This document shows positions 22,100 through 34,025 of a stretch of DNA of 64,000 nt, in pieces (position 1 is the first letter of the stretch; every line of letters begins with the position of its first letter). Source of the stretch: Oopsacas minuta (lineage: Eukaryota; Animalia; Porifera); assembly GCA_024704765.1 (NCBI GenBank), contig JAKMXF010000044.1:744001-808000 (forward strand). The letters run 5' to 3'. The notes beneath the pieces are model-generated. The model saw only the letters and a program-made list of their open reading frames with translations. It made no database searches and was not told where the DNA came from. The position numbers were made by a program, and so were the translations under genes.

Positions 22100-24757
22100 T
22101 TAAATTGAGATAAGTACACAGATAAGAGGGAGTACTTGATTGCAAGTAGAGGGAGTTTTGGTATAGCCACCAGAATCCTTGAGTGTAGACAGTCCTGTAT
22201 CAGTGGGCTGCTGACTATTCCAATTCCTACAATTATTATCTCTTCCTCCAATCCAGTAACCAGAATTTGTAATCTTATCACCATTAAAGGTTAGCAGATC
22301 AGCTGTAGCTTCTTCAAACAGAGTATCACGTAGAAGCTCAGCCCAAGAATCGTACATAGTTTGTGCCAGAGAGTTTTTAACTGGAAGGAAGTGGTAACGA
22401 TGAGGCACTAACACGGCAGGATTTCTGTTAAAACTATAAATATAGGCTTTGTAATATCCAGCAACACTCTCCCGATTACACAAACTATCTGCTCCAGTTA
22501 TTCCTTCCAAACGTCCAGACTTAGGAGTACTCAATCCGAATATAACAATGCTAGAGAGTTGACAACCTGTAATATCCAGTGTACACTGAGAAGTACAGCG
22601 TAGCTCTCCTTCGTATAAATCTCCTCTCAACAACTTACAAGTCAACTCATTCAAATTTGTAGAATCACACTCTTCATTGTCATCTACTATCATATCTCCA
22701 CAGTAGCTACCTGAGTCAGGGATTCCTGGACTCCCTACATCTACAATCTCAACCCATGGTGTTACAGAGGCCCTAATCTCCAACCATCCATCTAGCGAAA
22801 GAAATGCCATCTTTCCTAGATCAGAACGATACACCAAAGACCCAGGCTCATTCACAGCAGCCATTTCTTGCCCCGTGCGAGCATGAACCACTTTGGTTCC
22901 ATTTGAGACCTTACCAGGTGCCCCTACAGGTCCCTGTGGACCGGGTATACCGGGGAACCCTTGTCTGCCTGATTCACCTTTGATACCAGGTTCCCCATCT
23001 TTCCCTCTCTCACCTTTCAATTCCAACAAACCAGATAATCTATCAGCAGCAGACAATATATACTCATCAGTTAGATTCAAACTAGCAGGCTCACCCTTCA
23101 CACCCTTATCACCAACTATTCCTATTCCATTTACTCCAGCTGGACCTATTTCCCCTTTGAGCCCCTTGCCACCTATCCTCCCATCTAAACCAATAATTCC
23201 TGCTTCTCCCTTAATTCCTTGCTCTCCTCTCTCTCCCTTTTCTCCAACTCTCCCTTTACTACCATTCACACCGGGTGTACCATTAATAGTCTGGACCATA
23301 CCAGGAGGTCCAGGAATTCCAGAGGGACCAATAGGTCCTATTGGACCTGTGTCCCCATCTCTACCAGCTACGCCTACTTCACCCATCTCTCCTTTCTCAC
23401 CTTTCGCTCCTACTACTGCTTCACCACTAGGACCTTGTAACCCAGGTTCTCCTTTACTTCCCTTGCTACCAAGTAGTCCGATATCGCCACGTGTTCCATT
23501 ATCTCCTCTCAAGCCAGGTTCTCCAGTAGGTCCAACTGATCCGACTTCTCCTTTCAAACCTGTTAAGCCAACCTCTCCCTTGCTGCCTCGCTGTCCCCGA
23601 TCTCCATGCTCTCCTTTTATACCTTTCTCACCTCTTCTAAAACTCAGAGATTCATTACTCAAACATGACTGCACCTGTTGACAAGTATTATAAATAGACT
23701 CAGCACTCAAAGTAGTATTCTCAATGATATCTTCAATCTCCTCTTCAACTTTGTTCCACTCTACCCCTTCTCCCTTTTGTCCCTTCCTCCCGGACACTCC
23801 TTGTTCTCCTCTCTCACCCTTCCCACCAATACTTCCATCCCTACCGGCTGTACCTGCATCACCTTTGCTACCTTTCTCCCCGGTCTGGGTCACAACTGTA
23901 GTGTCCCCTTTCTCACCCTTAGGTCCAATCGGACCTACTCTACCTGGTACGCCTTGTTCTCCCTTAGAACTGACAGCAGTTGGCCTGCTCGTTGTACTAT
24001 CTGTTGAATAGTCTCCAGAACCAGAAAATTCAAAACTAGAATCACAATTAGGATCTTCAGATCCTGGCTCACAGTCTGGATCAGGAGCATCAGTTACAAC
24101 AGAACGACACAGTTTATTATAAGCCTGTGGACCTGAATAATAAGATAACTCTACTAGTTCTATTCCCGTCATGGTTCTATCCTGAGGCTCTCCAGAGGTT
24201 CCAAGAAAAAGCGAGTAATCCTCAAGATTAGTTGGCCAAACAATATCGGAAATAGAATCAGAATCGCCGGAAAGACAGTCACTCGAATCGTATAGAAATA
24301 TATGATACGGAGTAAGGATGAACACAAGATTAGACCAAGTACTCGAGTCGAAAGAATCCACATTAAGGGTTACAATCTTACCCGTTGGAATAAATATTTG
24401 AACCTTCATGTAGTAGAGGTCGTAAAGTGATTGTGAAAATTGTATTTTGAATAATACTTCATTAGTTACAGGGTTAGTAATGGCTAATAATGTCCCATAT
24501 GTTCCATAGTTTGCACGTATTGATATACGAAAAGCTAGAGTAGTCAAATTGACAAGAGGATCTATCTCAAGTAACGGTCTTGAAGCGGAGGTAGTCAAAG
24601 TATAAACCTTCCTGCTATAGAGAATATTCACCTTAGAAGATTCGTTAAGTTTTAAAGGACCAATCAGGTCTATTGGATCACGCAATGTATTCTGTGCATC
24701 AAGTTGGGCGAATAAGTTTGTGAACAATAGTATGAGAAATAATCCTGATAAATACAT
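22100..24757 (-). CDS. Multiplexin (collagen XV/XVIII-like): signal peptide, TSPN/LamG-like domain, interrupted Gly-X-Y helix, trimerization region, Cys-rich insert, endostatin-like C-terminus; intronless
   Basis: Hydrophobic N-terminus; several Gly-X-Y blocks; C-terminal GRLEGITGADSLC...PVKN...SWAELL...NCRNW...C...LICV matches the endostatin pattern. Confidence 0.85.
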   Translation of the reverse strand: MYLSGLFLILLFTNLFAQLDAQNTLRDPIDLIGPLKLNESSKVNILYSRKVYTLTTSASRPLLEIDPLVNLTTLAFRISIRANYGTYGTLLAITNPVTNEVLFKIQFSQSLYDLYYMKVQIFIPTGKIVTLNVDSFDSSTWSNLVFILTPYHIFLYDSSDCLSGDSDSISDIVWPTNLEDYSLFLGTSGEPQDRTMTGIELVELSYYSGPQAYNKLCRSVVTDAPDPDCEPGSEDPNCDSSFEFSGSGDYSTDSTTSRPTAVSSKGEQGVPGRVGPIGPKGEKGDTTVVTQTGEKGSKGDAGTAGRDGSIGGKGERGEQGVSGRKGQKGEGVEWNKVEEEIEDIIENTTLSAESIYNTCQQVQSCLSNESLSFRRGEKGIKGEHGDRGQRGSKGEVGLTGLKGEVGSVGPTGEPGLRGDNGTRGDIGLLGSKGSKGEPGLQGPSGEAVVGAKGEKGEMGEVGVAGRDGDTGPIGPIGPSGIPGPPGMVQTINGTPGVNGSKGRVGEKGERGEQGIKGEAGIIGLDGRIGGKGLKGEIGPAGVNGIGIVGDKGVKGEPASLNLTDEYILSAADRLSGLLELKGERGKDGEPGIKGESGRQGFPGIPGPQGPVGAPGKVSNGTKVVHARTGQEMAAVNEPGSLVYRSDLGKMAFLSLDGWLEIRASVTPWVEIVDVGSPGIPDSGSYCGDMIVDDNEECDSTNLNELTCKLLRGDLYEGELRCTSQCTLDITGCQLSSIVIFGLSTPKSGRLEGITGADSLCNRESVAGYYKAYIYSFNRNPAVLVPHRYHFLPVKNSLAQTMYDSWAELLRDTLFEEATADLLTFNGDKITNSGYWIGGRDNNCRNWNSQQPTDTGLSTLKDSGGYTKTPSTCNQVLPLICVLISI

Positions 24758-25371
24758 TAATATTATAAATGTTAATAGAATGATAAGTATTTATATGCTT
24801 ATCTGTAATATAGCAAAACTAATCAAGGAATACTCTATGTAGAGTAGCTATAATGAAGATACTATTGTTTCGTCTAATTTAACCAGATTACTATATAGCA
24901 GTGGAAACCACTGAAGAAGGAAATGCCTAGCAAATTGAACTAATATAATTCAATGCATAGAAACACCTGATACAAGATGAAGCGTCCTGATTAGGATCAA
25001 ATATCAGCCATTGGTTATGTATCAGGCTAAACTCAACATTTGAAAAGAATAAACACTGTCTGCGTTTCTGTTAGTTGTAATAAATCTGAATAAAGAGATA
25101 AATTGTCAAAATCAAGTATTTACAAATGTCTTATTAGTTATAATATTAATTAATAAGCATTAATTGACAACGATCGGAGGCGGTCGGCAGATAATGTCAT
25201 TAATCGAAAACGTCAGTTACATCGTATGCATTAGTAGATTTGAAAGGAATTGAAGGTTCATAAATACAAGCTACAAATTGATCATATCCTAAGTCACATC
25301 ATCTTAATAAATAAACAGAAATTGTAGAGACTAATAGGAATCCTGATAGGTTATTTATAACAAAAGAAAGC

Positions 25372-28300
25372 CTATTCCTTCCATGGATCCCACCCGTGAA
25401 AACAGCGACGGAATACCCATGGTTCTCTCCCAGGCTTAGTAACTTTCAACTTTCTCTTAGGCTCAGTCGTACTCTGTTCAAGATGCTTCAAGTAGAGTTC
25501 ACATGAGCGAGCAGCCAATTTCTTTTCTACATCTGAGGCAGCATTTCCAAACCAGATGAAGACTTCTTTCCCGGTATCCAGGATCATTACGTCATCGTTA
25601 TTAAGGTCGCCTTGATGGAAGTCTAGTAATAGTTCACTCACACGGAAAAAACCTCTCTCATTCGTGCATTTGAAGAGACGGGCATGACGCAAATAGTCTG
25701 CAACATGTTCCAACTCGAAATCCGGGGCAGGTCTTCCACCCATTGCAGCCCAGAAAAAATTATCTGGCTCGTTTCCCTCTCTAATGACCTGAAGAGCATA
25801 AGAAGGAGGTGACATAACACGACCCATTTGTTCAGCATGGAGCTCTTCCTCTTGACTAGCTTTGCTACCAAGCCAAACATATGTAATTCCAGATCCACTT
25901 GTGCCAGGAAAAGGAATACGAAGAATACAACAAAACTCTGAGTTTAGCATTGTAGGAGAAACTGGGTTGACTTGAACAATTCTCCTACAAATCTTACTGT
26001 ATTTAGCTCTAATCTGGTACAAACAAGGACCGCTAGGCTCCAGGGAGGTGTTATACGCTCCTTTGTGTACAATAATCTTCTGGCCGAAATGTGCTAAAAA
26101 CTTGAATTCTTCTCCCTGCTGTTTATAGCGTACTAGTTCAAAGTCAGGTCCGATAAAATCCTCCCAAGATAATCTTTGTCGTTTCCCTTTCTCATCAACT
26201 TCTACAAAGAAATCGTTGAACTGAAACTTCACCCAAATACTCTCTTTAGCATCTTTCCCCTGCCAAAAATACACAACTCGATACTCTTCGGGATCTTCTT
26301 TGCTTCCTTCAGGCAGCTCTTCAAAGTAGTCAGCTACGAATGCATAGGATTCCTGGGAGTAGAAGTGTCCCTTAGCTTCTTGTGGTAGAGGTTCACAAAG
26401 GTCACCCCGTAAGATAAAACATTCTATCCTTATAAGGTTTCTACTCGAATCCTTTAATAAATGATACCTCTCTCTGTCCATGGTCATGTTCCTCTGTTGG
26501 AACAATACAGATATGTCTAGCTTGAGGGTTTGGGTAGGAGCAGGGGGATTACGAGATGAAAAATTGGGCGTATTCGAGGCTATTGAGTTCAATGACAGAC
26601 CACTCAAGTTCAGATTTGCTTCATCTGTCAATTGGTAAGTGGGATTCTTTGCTTGAGAATCCCATTTACTGAATTGGCTACGAAAGGCAATAGGCTCTAG
26701 TCCTTGCGAAATTAACCGAGCACTCACGTGATCTGGTCTCGGGAACATTTCCATTATTTCCTCAGCAAGGAATAATCCCGCGTTACGTAGGATACCACTA
26801 GCTTTCCTGCCTTGCCATACAAATACTTGAGAGTGACTATCCAGGATGAAAACATGTCCACAATCGAGTATTTTCCTGTCAGGTCGATACTCTGGAAAAC
26901 GTAATTGAGGGAGTTCTAGACTGTCTTTCTCAAGACAAACAGAGAATAGTTTGGGTTTGGGAGGCTTCACTTCATTCAGGATTGTGTTATTAGGTATTTC
27001 ATAATCTGATGGAGGATAGCCGCCTAGAGCATCCCAAAATTTCTTAGGTTCATTTCCAGCATATATTGTAATCACCTGAACCTTACCACGGTACTCTATC
27101 CACTTCATATCTTCTGCCACTAATCTAGCCTTGCTGATTGTACCTCGTCCCAGCCTGGAACACGCCCAAATGAAAATAACATTAAATTCTGGGGCCTCAA
27201 ACAAGTGAGGAACTGACAAGTCTAGACTGAGATAAGAGAGTGGGAGAGGTTCCATAATCGGAGGGATATTGACAGCTGGAGTTAAGATACGATAGAGACG
27301 TGTCTCAGGGACCACAATCTGGACAGGACGGAGTACTGAGGCTTGTCTTCCTTCCGAGTACCTTATACCATCTGGAAAAATATTCAAGAATTCACTGGAC
27401 TCGTCTCCCATCTCTACTCTCTTTGTACGACACTTTGCACCTAAGAAATTACGTAAATGCACTGCGTGTATAGCAGCTAATGCTCTTTTGTCGAGACTAC
27501 TCTCACTGCCAATCCAGAAGTATATGTCCCAGTTCGTACGCAAATTCTCTTCCTCAAAGGTGTACAGAACTATGTAACAATCTCCGCTACTGAATGTACC
27601 ATGACAAGAAGAGGGAACCTGACAGGGAGCCAGCTGATCAATTGTCCAAATGGTAATACCAGATGAAGTTCCAATCTCTTGTGAAGAATCAAAGATAAGC
27701 GAGTAGTCGAGATCTGGCCTCTTCAACAACTTGTCCTCCCAAGAGAGTTTCTCTCCAAACAATGAACTCACATCAGAACTAAATTCACTCTCATCTTGAT
27801 AGGATCTATTCTGTTTATCTGCCACGTCAGCTAGCCCGCGTAACACCTTCTCTGCTTCCGCAGCATCGTGTGGAGTCAGAGAGGGCTGTTTCAATAAGGC
27901 GGATTTGTTACCTAAGGGTGAGGTATCTTGATCCTGAGAGAGTGTTCCCTGCAGTTGGAGTAGTTTACGTCTACGATGACGAGCTGCTCCTCTGAGTTTA
28001 TTAGTTTTAGGATCTATTGTAACTACTCCCTTTTTGAATTCTTGGTTGATCGCTTGTTTAAAATGATCCACAACTTCTTCTTTCTGTTTAGGCGGGACAA
28101 TGAGTTGTGGATTGTCATCTAACTCAAGTTTAACCAGTTGAGTCATTGACCTGAATCCTTCAGGTAGTGTAATCAATCGATTACTAGTTAAGACTAACTT
28201 CTTAAGCTGTAGACATGTACACATACTGGCTGGTACAGATACCAGCTGATTACGTGCAGCAATGAAGCTCTCCAGGTTGATCATATTACCTATATTCTTT

Positions 28301-29343
28301 GGTATACCATCCATCTGTAGTCTGTTGTCAGAGAGGAAGATACGTTTCAGCTGTGTAAGCTCACACAGATTGTGTGGTAGGAAACATATGCTATTTCCAG
28401 ATAAGTCTAGAGTTTGTAGTTGAATCCATGTTTCTATAGAACTTGGAATATCTTTCAACTCGCAATAGCTAAGGTTCAATCTACGTAGATTTGTTAACTT
28501 GAATAATTCAGTTGGGATCCTAGTCAGCTGGTTGTGAGACAAATCAAGATCTCTTAGACAAACTAATTTTTGCAAATTATTAATATTAGTCTGCTGACCT
28601 GAGATTTGATCTTGAGAATCTAAGTAGCATCTACCTGTGTCGGAGAGGTTTAGGAATTGAAGTTTAGTCAATCGCTCGAAAGCTTTTCTAAAAGCATAGT
28701 GTTGTAGAGGATTGTTAGATAGGTCGAGATGCTGCAGTCTACTTAGACGAATAAACTGTATCGGCAAGGTCTGTAGCTGGTTATTGCTAAGATCAAGATG
28801 CTGTAGACCTGTACAAGCGGTAAAAAGCTCTGTTGGAAGAACTTGTATCTCATTGTGACTTAGATTGAGAATAATCAAGTTTTGTAATAGTCTGACTTGT
28901 TTCGGGATTGTACTAAGATTGTTATGACTCAAGTCCAAATTCTTTAATTCTGGACTGATAGAATGGAAAAATTTATCAGTTAAACCTTTGTCTTCCAACT
29001 TGTTGTGTCTAGCATTAATTTGGCTGAGATGAGGCAGATTTTCCTTTGCTAGAATGTCCTGATCCAGGAGAGATCTAAGATTGTTTCTGTCAAGAGAAAT
29101 CCTCTCCAGAGTTGTGATGGCCCCCAATTCAGGAGGCATAGCTTCCAAGCAGGTAGAAGATAGAGATAACCAGCGGAGCCCTCTCATATCTTGTAAGATA
29201 TCTGGGAAATCCTGGGATTGGAAAGGGTAAGATGAAAGATCAATCCCTTTCACAAAGTTTAGGATATTTTTCCGTTTCTTCTCTTGCAAAGTATTCGCCT
29301 CTTCTCGTGTATCAAAATCGTCATATTCTTCAGATTCACTCAT
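25372..29343 (-). CDS. FLII: Protein flightless-1 homolog (LRR plus gelsolin repeats), intronless
   Basis: N-terminal LRRs, then gelsolin repeats (GTFSSGDCYIVL, IYFWIGSESSLDK, AVHLRNFLGAKCRT, FRRCFHGW). Confidence 0.95.
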   Translation of the reverse strand: MSESEEYDDFDTREEANTLQEKKRKNILNFVKGIDLSSYPFQSQDFPDILQDMRGLRWLSLSSTCLEAMPPELGAITTLERISLDRNNLRSLLDQDILAKENLPHLSQINARHNKLEDKGLTDKFFHSISPELKNLDLSHNNLSTIPKQVRLLQNLIILNLSHNEIQVLPTELFTACTGLQHLDLSNNQLQTLPIQFIRLSRLQHLDLSNNPLQHYAFRKAFERLTKLQFLNLSDTGRCYLDSQDQISGQQTNINNLQKLVCLRDLDLSHNQLTRIPTELFKLTNLRRLNLSYCELKDIPSSIETWIQLQTLDLSGNSICFLPHNLCELTQLKRIFLSDNRLQMDGIPKNIGNMINLESFIAARNQLVSVPASMCTCLQLKKLVLTSNRLITLPEGFRSMTQLVKLELDDNPQLIVPPKQKEEVVDHFKQAINQEFKKGVVTIDPKTNKLRGAARHRRRKLLQLQGTLSQDQDTSPLGNKSALLKQPSLTPHDAAEAEKVLRGLADVADKQNRSYQDESEFSSDVSSLFGEKLSWEDKLLKRPDLDYSLIFDSSQEIGTSSGITIWTIDQLAPCQVPSSCHGTFSSGDCYIVLYTFEEENLRTNWDIYFWIGSESSLDKRALAAIHAVHLRNFLGAKCRTKRVEMGDESSEFLNIFPDGIRYSEGRQASVLRPVQIVVPETRLYRILTPAVNIPPIMEPLPLSYLSLDLSVPHLFEAPEFNVIFIWACSRLGRGTISKARLVAEDMKWIEYRGKVQVITIYAGNEPKKFWDALGGYPPSDYEIPNNTILNEVKPPKPKLFSVCLEKDSLELPQLRFPEYRPDRKILDCGHVFILDSHSQVFVWQGRKASGILRNAGLFLAEEIMEMFPRPDHVSARLISQGLEPIAFRSQFSKWDSQAKNPTYQLTDEANLNLSGLSLNSIASNTPNFSSRNPPAPTQTLKLDISVLFQQRNMTMDRERYHLLKDSSRNLIRIECFILRGDLCEPLPQEAKGHFYSQESYAFVADYFEELPEGSKEDPEEYRVVYFWQGKDAKESIWVKFQFNDFFVEVDEKGKRQRLSWEDFIGPDFELVRYKQQGEEFKFLAHFGQKIIVHKGAYNTSLEPSGPCLYQIRAKYSKICRRIVQVNPVSPTMLNSEFCCILRIPFPGTSGSGITYVWLGSKASQEEELHAEQMGRVMSPPSYALQVIREGNEPDNFFWAAMGGRPAPDFELEHVADYLRHARLFKCTNERGFFRVSELLLDFHQGDLNNDDVMILDTGKEVFIWFGNAASDVEKKLAARSCELYLKHLEQSTTEPKRKLKVTKPGREPWVFRRCFHGWDPWKE

Positions 29344-31377
29344 TTAACTAGCTGGCAGTATGAAATCAGTAGATCTGTACTCTACTAGTACGCTAATTCG
29401 TCTATGAAAAGTAAAATGGAAATAAATTACAATTAAGAGTCAGATAAACGAATTATTAAATTGAAATTAAAATAGTATAATAAATATATCAATTGAATGT
29501 TAAAATGCATCAAATTCTCAAGGATAGTTATTTTTATTCGTATAAAATTGAAACCAGCTAATGAAAAAGAGCAAGTCTGCCCAATGCAAATTTGTTTTGT
29601 ACTCATCTTGCATTAGATTTCCTGATTGTATAATGGGCCATGATTATCTATCACATAAGCATAATAAGGCTCACGTAGGGTAAAATGGGTGCTAATTAGA
29701 GAGCGCTAGAGCGCAATTGCTGTAGCAGAGACGACGCTCTTTTCAAAATTGGATCGTGCCTCATTTTCTGGTACAGAGGCGAGTAGAATAATCTTATCAT
29801 AATAAGAACCACACAAAGAAGATATGACATATCTATCATGAAATGATTTTATACAATTAACCGTACTTTTATACTCAGAGCAGAGCAGATATTTATACTG
29901 AATTAACTAGCAGCATATCATGGGTATACGTGTAAGTAGAATATTGAGAGTTCTTTTGTGCCAGGTTCGGACAATTTCGAAATATTATAGATAAAATTCA
30001 AAAGTATACCTTACAAATCTATGTACACAACTGTGTAAAATCAGTAAATAAATCAGTAGGAAACATATTTGATTCATAATTATATAAATGTTACCAAATA
30101 CTGAACCCAAAATTTCCTCCCATAGTATTTAGGTTTCCCATAGGAGTTCCTATTGGTATTATTATTGTTATTACTATTGGTATTACTATTGGTACCTGAT
30201 GTATATTTTGCGATGCATCGTTCTTTCGTCAAATTGTTTACTCCCTTGTCCGCCTTACCAAACTTCCATATCTCTTCCTCTTGGCTTGACCTAACTGAAC
30301 AGCTAGTTAGGAAGGAAGCTGCGAATCTGCAACATATCGCCACTATGATAGATGCACACTTGCAGGCAGGCGGAAACAGGGGAAAGTTCTCATCCTGATC
30401 ACAGAAATCATGGCCTCAAGCATAAAGTCCCAATAATTTCGCTCTGCAGACCGTGTGATATCGTCAAATTTACTATCACTAATTGGCATCTTCCAACATT
30501 CCTAAATATGTACCAATACCAGAAGCATTGTCCAATACATATGATAAATTTGCCCACACTCTCCACAAGTCTAACATCGATTTTTTGGGATAACCGAAAC
30601 CCATCTCACCGATCATGTTACACCAGAGCAGTAGCGTAGACAGGGTGGTGTAAGTGGCGCATTTGAAGCACATTTTTTGCGATGCGCTAGATAATGTCGC
30701 GCCACTTGTCCCCTCATACATCATCAGTGCACCATTAGTGTGCCAAGGCTTTCTGCGCCACTGTAATCAATGATTATGTTTGTGAGAGACAGGACCGCCT
30801 AAGTGAAGTGCTTGAATATATCAGAGGTAAAATCCATACCACCGTCCTAGAATACGAAGAGGTCAAGTCAACATAACTTGCTTATTTCTACCAATATTTT
30901 GCTTGACTTATCGACTTCAATCTTACTAAGCACTTTGTTGTCAAGCATCATTCTAACGATATGGTTTGGACTAGCGACTTCTTTCGTAGTCTGATCTCCC
31001 GAAGAAAAAGCATACAAATCAGGAAATGTTGCACAATATCGAGTCTTTAGCAATAAAGTAATAACTAATAACTAATAATATCCCCGGCGAATTACACTGA
31101 TCAGACACAGGCTTTGCGGAAAGCCCGCCCAAAGCAATAGTGGAAACATTCAAAAGTCATTTCACGACTTAAGCGCGTTAAATGGCAGGCTTTGCGGGAA
31201 ACACTGCAGTCACAGCTCCAATATGCAAAATAGATATTTAATATGTACAATCATACATACTTAGCTCCGGGAGGGGTGTGTACTGTGTACCCTCAATTCT
31301 AAAATTTGTAAACGTTAAGTTCACCCCTATGTCCATTGTGAAAGATCCGAGGGCTAAATCATTAAATAGATGGATCT

Positions 31378-31551
31378 TTGAGAATATTCGAAAATATCAG
31401 CCCTACCAATAAACTCTTTCAAACGACTATCCGCTACTCAGCAGTAGATATGATCCACAAATGGCTTAAGAGTGCAGAAGAAGAAGGAAAAACGTCACGC
31501 ATGGTCCTACTGTACTATCACAAGGCGTTCGACCATGTATACCACGTATAC
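31378..31551 (+). mobile_element. Non-LTR (LINE) reverse transcriptase fragment
   Basis: SAVDMIHKWLKSAEEEGKTSRMVLLYYHKAFDHVYH resembles the LINE RT segment xxLDxxKAFDxVxH; cut off by a MITE end. Confidence 0.6.
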
Positions 31552-31606
31552 CAGGGTGTCCAACCTACTGCCCGCGAGCCATACCAGAAATATATATATA
31601 TATATA

Positions 31607-33989
31607 TGTTATAGTCAATGTATAAAATCAGTCAATTTACAAATTGACTGAATCATTGGTCGTTTTTTTTGACAGATTGACTGAAAACATATTACGAATT
31701 TCAAATCAATAAAGTAGTGAATAATGGGAAATTTTGCAATTATTGTTATTCCAAAACATATACGTCAACTTAACTTAAGAATTGAAAATGTATAAGAGAA
31801 AGCTGACTCAAAGTAGTGTATCCTCAATAACAACATATCAAAGGCAAGCATCTATCGACGTGAAATATTCTGGAGTATATAAAGGCAAGGAAACATAAAC
31901 ACCCTCATACTCTAAAAGATGTCAGACACTATGGAACAGTCTCTCCGTGAGGTGATGTTGAAACGAAAACGCTCTGATACCAAATCATTATTGATGACCA
32001 AACACGAGTATTTTTGTTGCTTGAAGAGGTCAAAGTTGCATCTGACGTCGCAAAGAAGTCCAACAGGCAGTACTATATCCTTGGCAGGTATGTGAACTAA
32101 TAATTATTGGTTCAACAATTAAAATTTGAGTCACGGCTGCATTACTTGGATTCAGGTCAAATAAATGTTCTATACAATAATCATAATTAGTTCTCTAATT
32201 GTATAGAGCCTACGTACGTACGATGTTTTAGTTTTCCTTTGCTGTACATGGAAAATGTGCCAATAATATTGCGCACTACGGTTGCGTACTATGTTGCTGG
32301 CATCGATTAAGTGACATATTTTATATATTTTACAGGTAGGAAATTCTTCAGTGTGGCGATGTTGAGAAGTTGATTCGAAAGCAAAGTGAAGCCTCCAAGA
32401 ACATGTTTACTTTACTCACATAGATGATATGTTCGACATCATTAAACGCGCCCATGTTACATGCGGCCATGGCGGTCGAGACAAGATGACTAAACTTTGA
32501 ACAAATATGCAAACGTCATTCTCTAATCCATTGAGCTCTACAAATCTCTGTGTCCAATGCCAACAGAAACGTAAGCGTGCCACCACTAAGGATGTTGTTG
32601 TGAAGCCAATTCTGTCCAAAGACTTTGGTTCTCGTGCTCAGGTTGACTTCACTGACATGCAGTCTATGTACAAAGTTTCATATCGCTGAATCATGGTTTA
32701 TCAAGACCACTTAACAAAGTACTGTGTATTACGCCCTTTGACTTCCAAACGTGCTGCTGAAGTCGCGTGGCAACTGGTTGATATTTCTTGTTACTAGGCG
32801 TCCCTCAAATTCTCAGAGTGACAACGGCAGTGAATTTACAGCATCAGTCATCACTGAACTGAAGGTTATGTGGCCTTATCTACTTATGGCCATGGTAAAC
32901 CTCGCCATCCCGAAAGCCAGGGATTAGTTGAGAGACTGAATTGTGACGTCAAAGACATACTAACTGCCTGGTTAGGTGACAATGACTCCACAGATTGGCC
33001 AACTGGGCTTCGTTTTGTGCAGTTTCAGAAGAACAGTGGTTACCGTTCTGGAATTAAACAATCCCCATTCAAGGCCCTGTTTGGACGTGATGCGCAAGTT
33101 GGACTACGTTCAGCATCCCTTCCTAGTGAAATCCTAGAACGCCTTGTGTCCGAAGACGACCTAATGGCTGCATATCAGCAATCTGACCCCTCTCAAGTCT
33201 CTTCAGGTAACCAGACCACAGTTTCTCCGAATCTTCCACATAAGAAGATAAGTCACCTGATGCCTCAGAAGCTACTTCTTCAACATCTTTATCTGCTCCT
33301 TCGTCTCAGGCAACCGCTATCCAAATACGGCACGACAACATTCAACTCAACCGCAAGAGAGCAGCTGAAGGACAGATAGCTCGGGCCGAACGCATGTTGA
33401 AACGCAGTCGTCTAGAGCAGGTTGCTGGAAACCCTGGAGATAATGTAATTATTCCAATCCCTTTAGTGGATCGCGGTAGAGGTGATCCTCGAAACATCAT
33501 GGATGTAATTCTGAAAATAAATGAAAATGACATGACCGTATAGCAGTCCGTGCAGGAATCCTGAAAGGATCTTACAGCCGAAATCAATTTGATTTGTGTC
33601 CCCATCCGCTGTACAGTGTGAACGATTTCACCACAGATAAAGAAATAGGCCTGAGACAAGCTGTTCAACAAGGGTCTAAGTGTGGTGGACAAGGGTTTGT
33701 CAAGTACAACTGTACACAAAGTGGCAAACAATCAAATCAAACAAATGTAAATGTTTCAAGGTTGGACTTAAATGTAATAGCAAGTGTCACGCGACTATGA
33801 CCTGCCCCAACAAGATCTGAATGGGAACGATATGTGAATTTTTTAAGTCAGTATGCTGTAATCACATGCTTTTAATGCATATTGATATCAATTAATTACA
33901 TTCGTAATACGTTTCAGTCAATCTGTCAAAATACCGGCCAATGATTCAGTCAATTTGTAAATTGACTGATTTTAGATATTGATTGTAAC

Positions 33990-33990
<1 letters not shown>
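31607..33990 (+). mobile_element. Ginger-type (Gypsy-integrase-like) DNA transposon in a (TA)n microsatellite
   Basis: Imperfect ~90-bp TIRs beginning TGT and ending ACA (core AAAATCAGTCAATTTACAAATTGACTGAATCATTGG); (TA)n on both sides; internal integrase; no LTR, gag or RT. Confidence 0.8.
31931..33820 (+). pseudogene. Degenerate KRBA2/SCAND3-like integrase with an intron (32088-32335)
   Basis: HHCC (AHVTCGH...CVQC), QVDFTDM, (Q)SDNGSEF, SQGLVERLN, Cys-rich C-terminus; multiple stops and frameshifts. Confidence 0.8.
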
Positions 33991-34024
<34 letters not shown>

Positions 34025-34025
34025 T

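Noticed and set aside
22893-24011. Long Pro-rich + strand ORFs (22893-23681, 23678-24007, 23724-24011)
   Set aside because: Antisense shadows of Gly-X-Y codons in the collagen gene
30080-31053. Short ORFs at 30.1-31.1 kb
   Set aside because: Low-complexity AAT repeats and unrecognisable fragments, possibly TE debris; no supportable call
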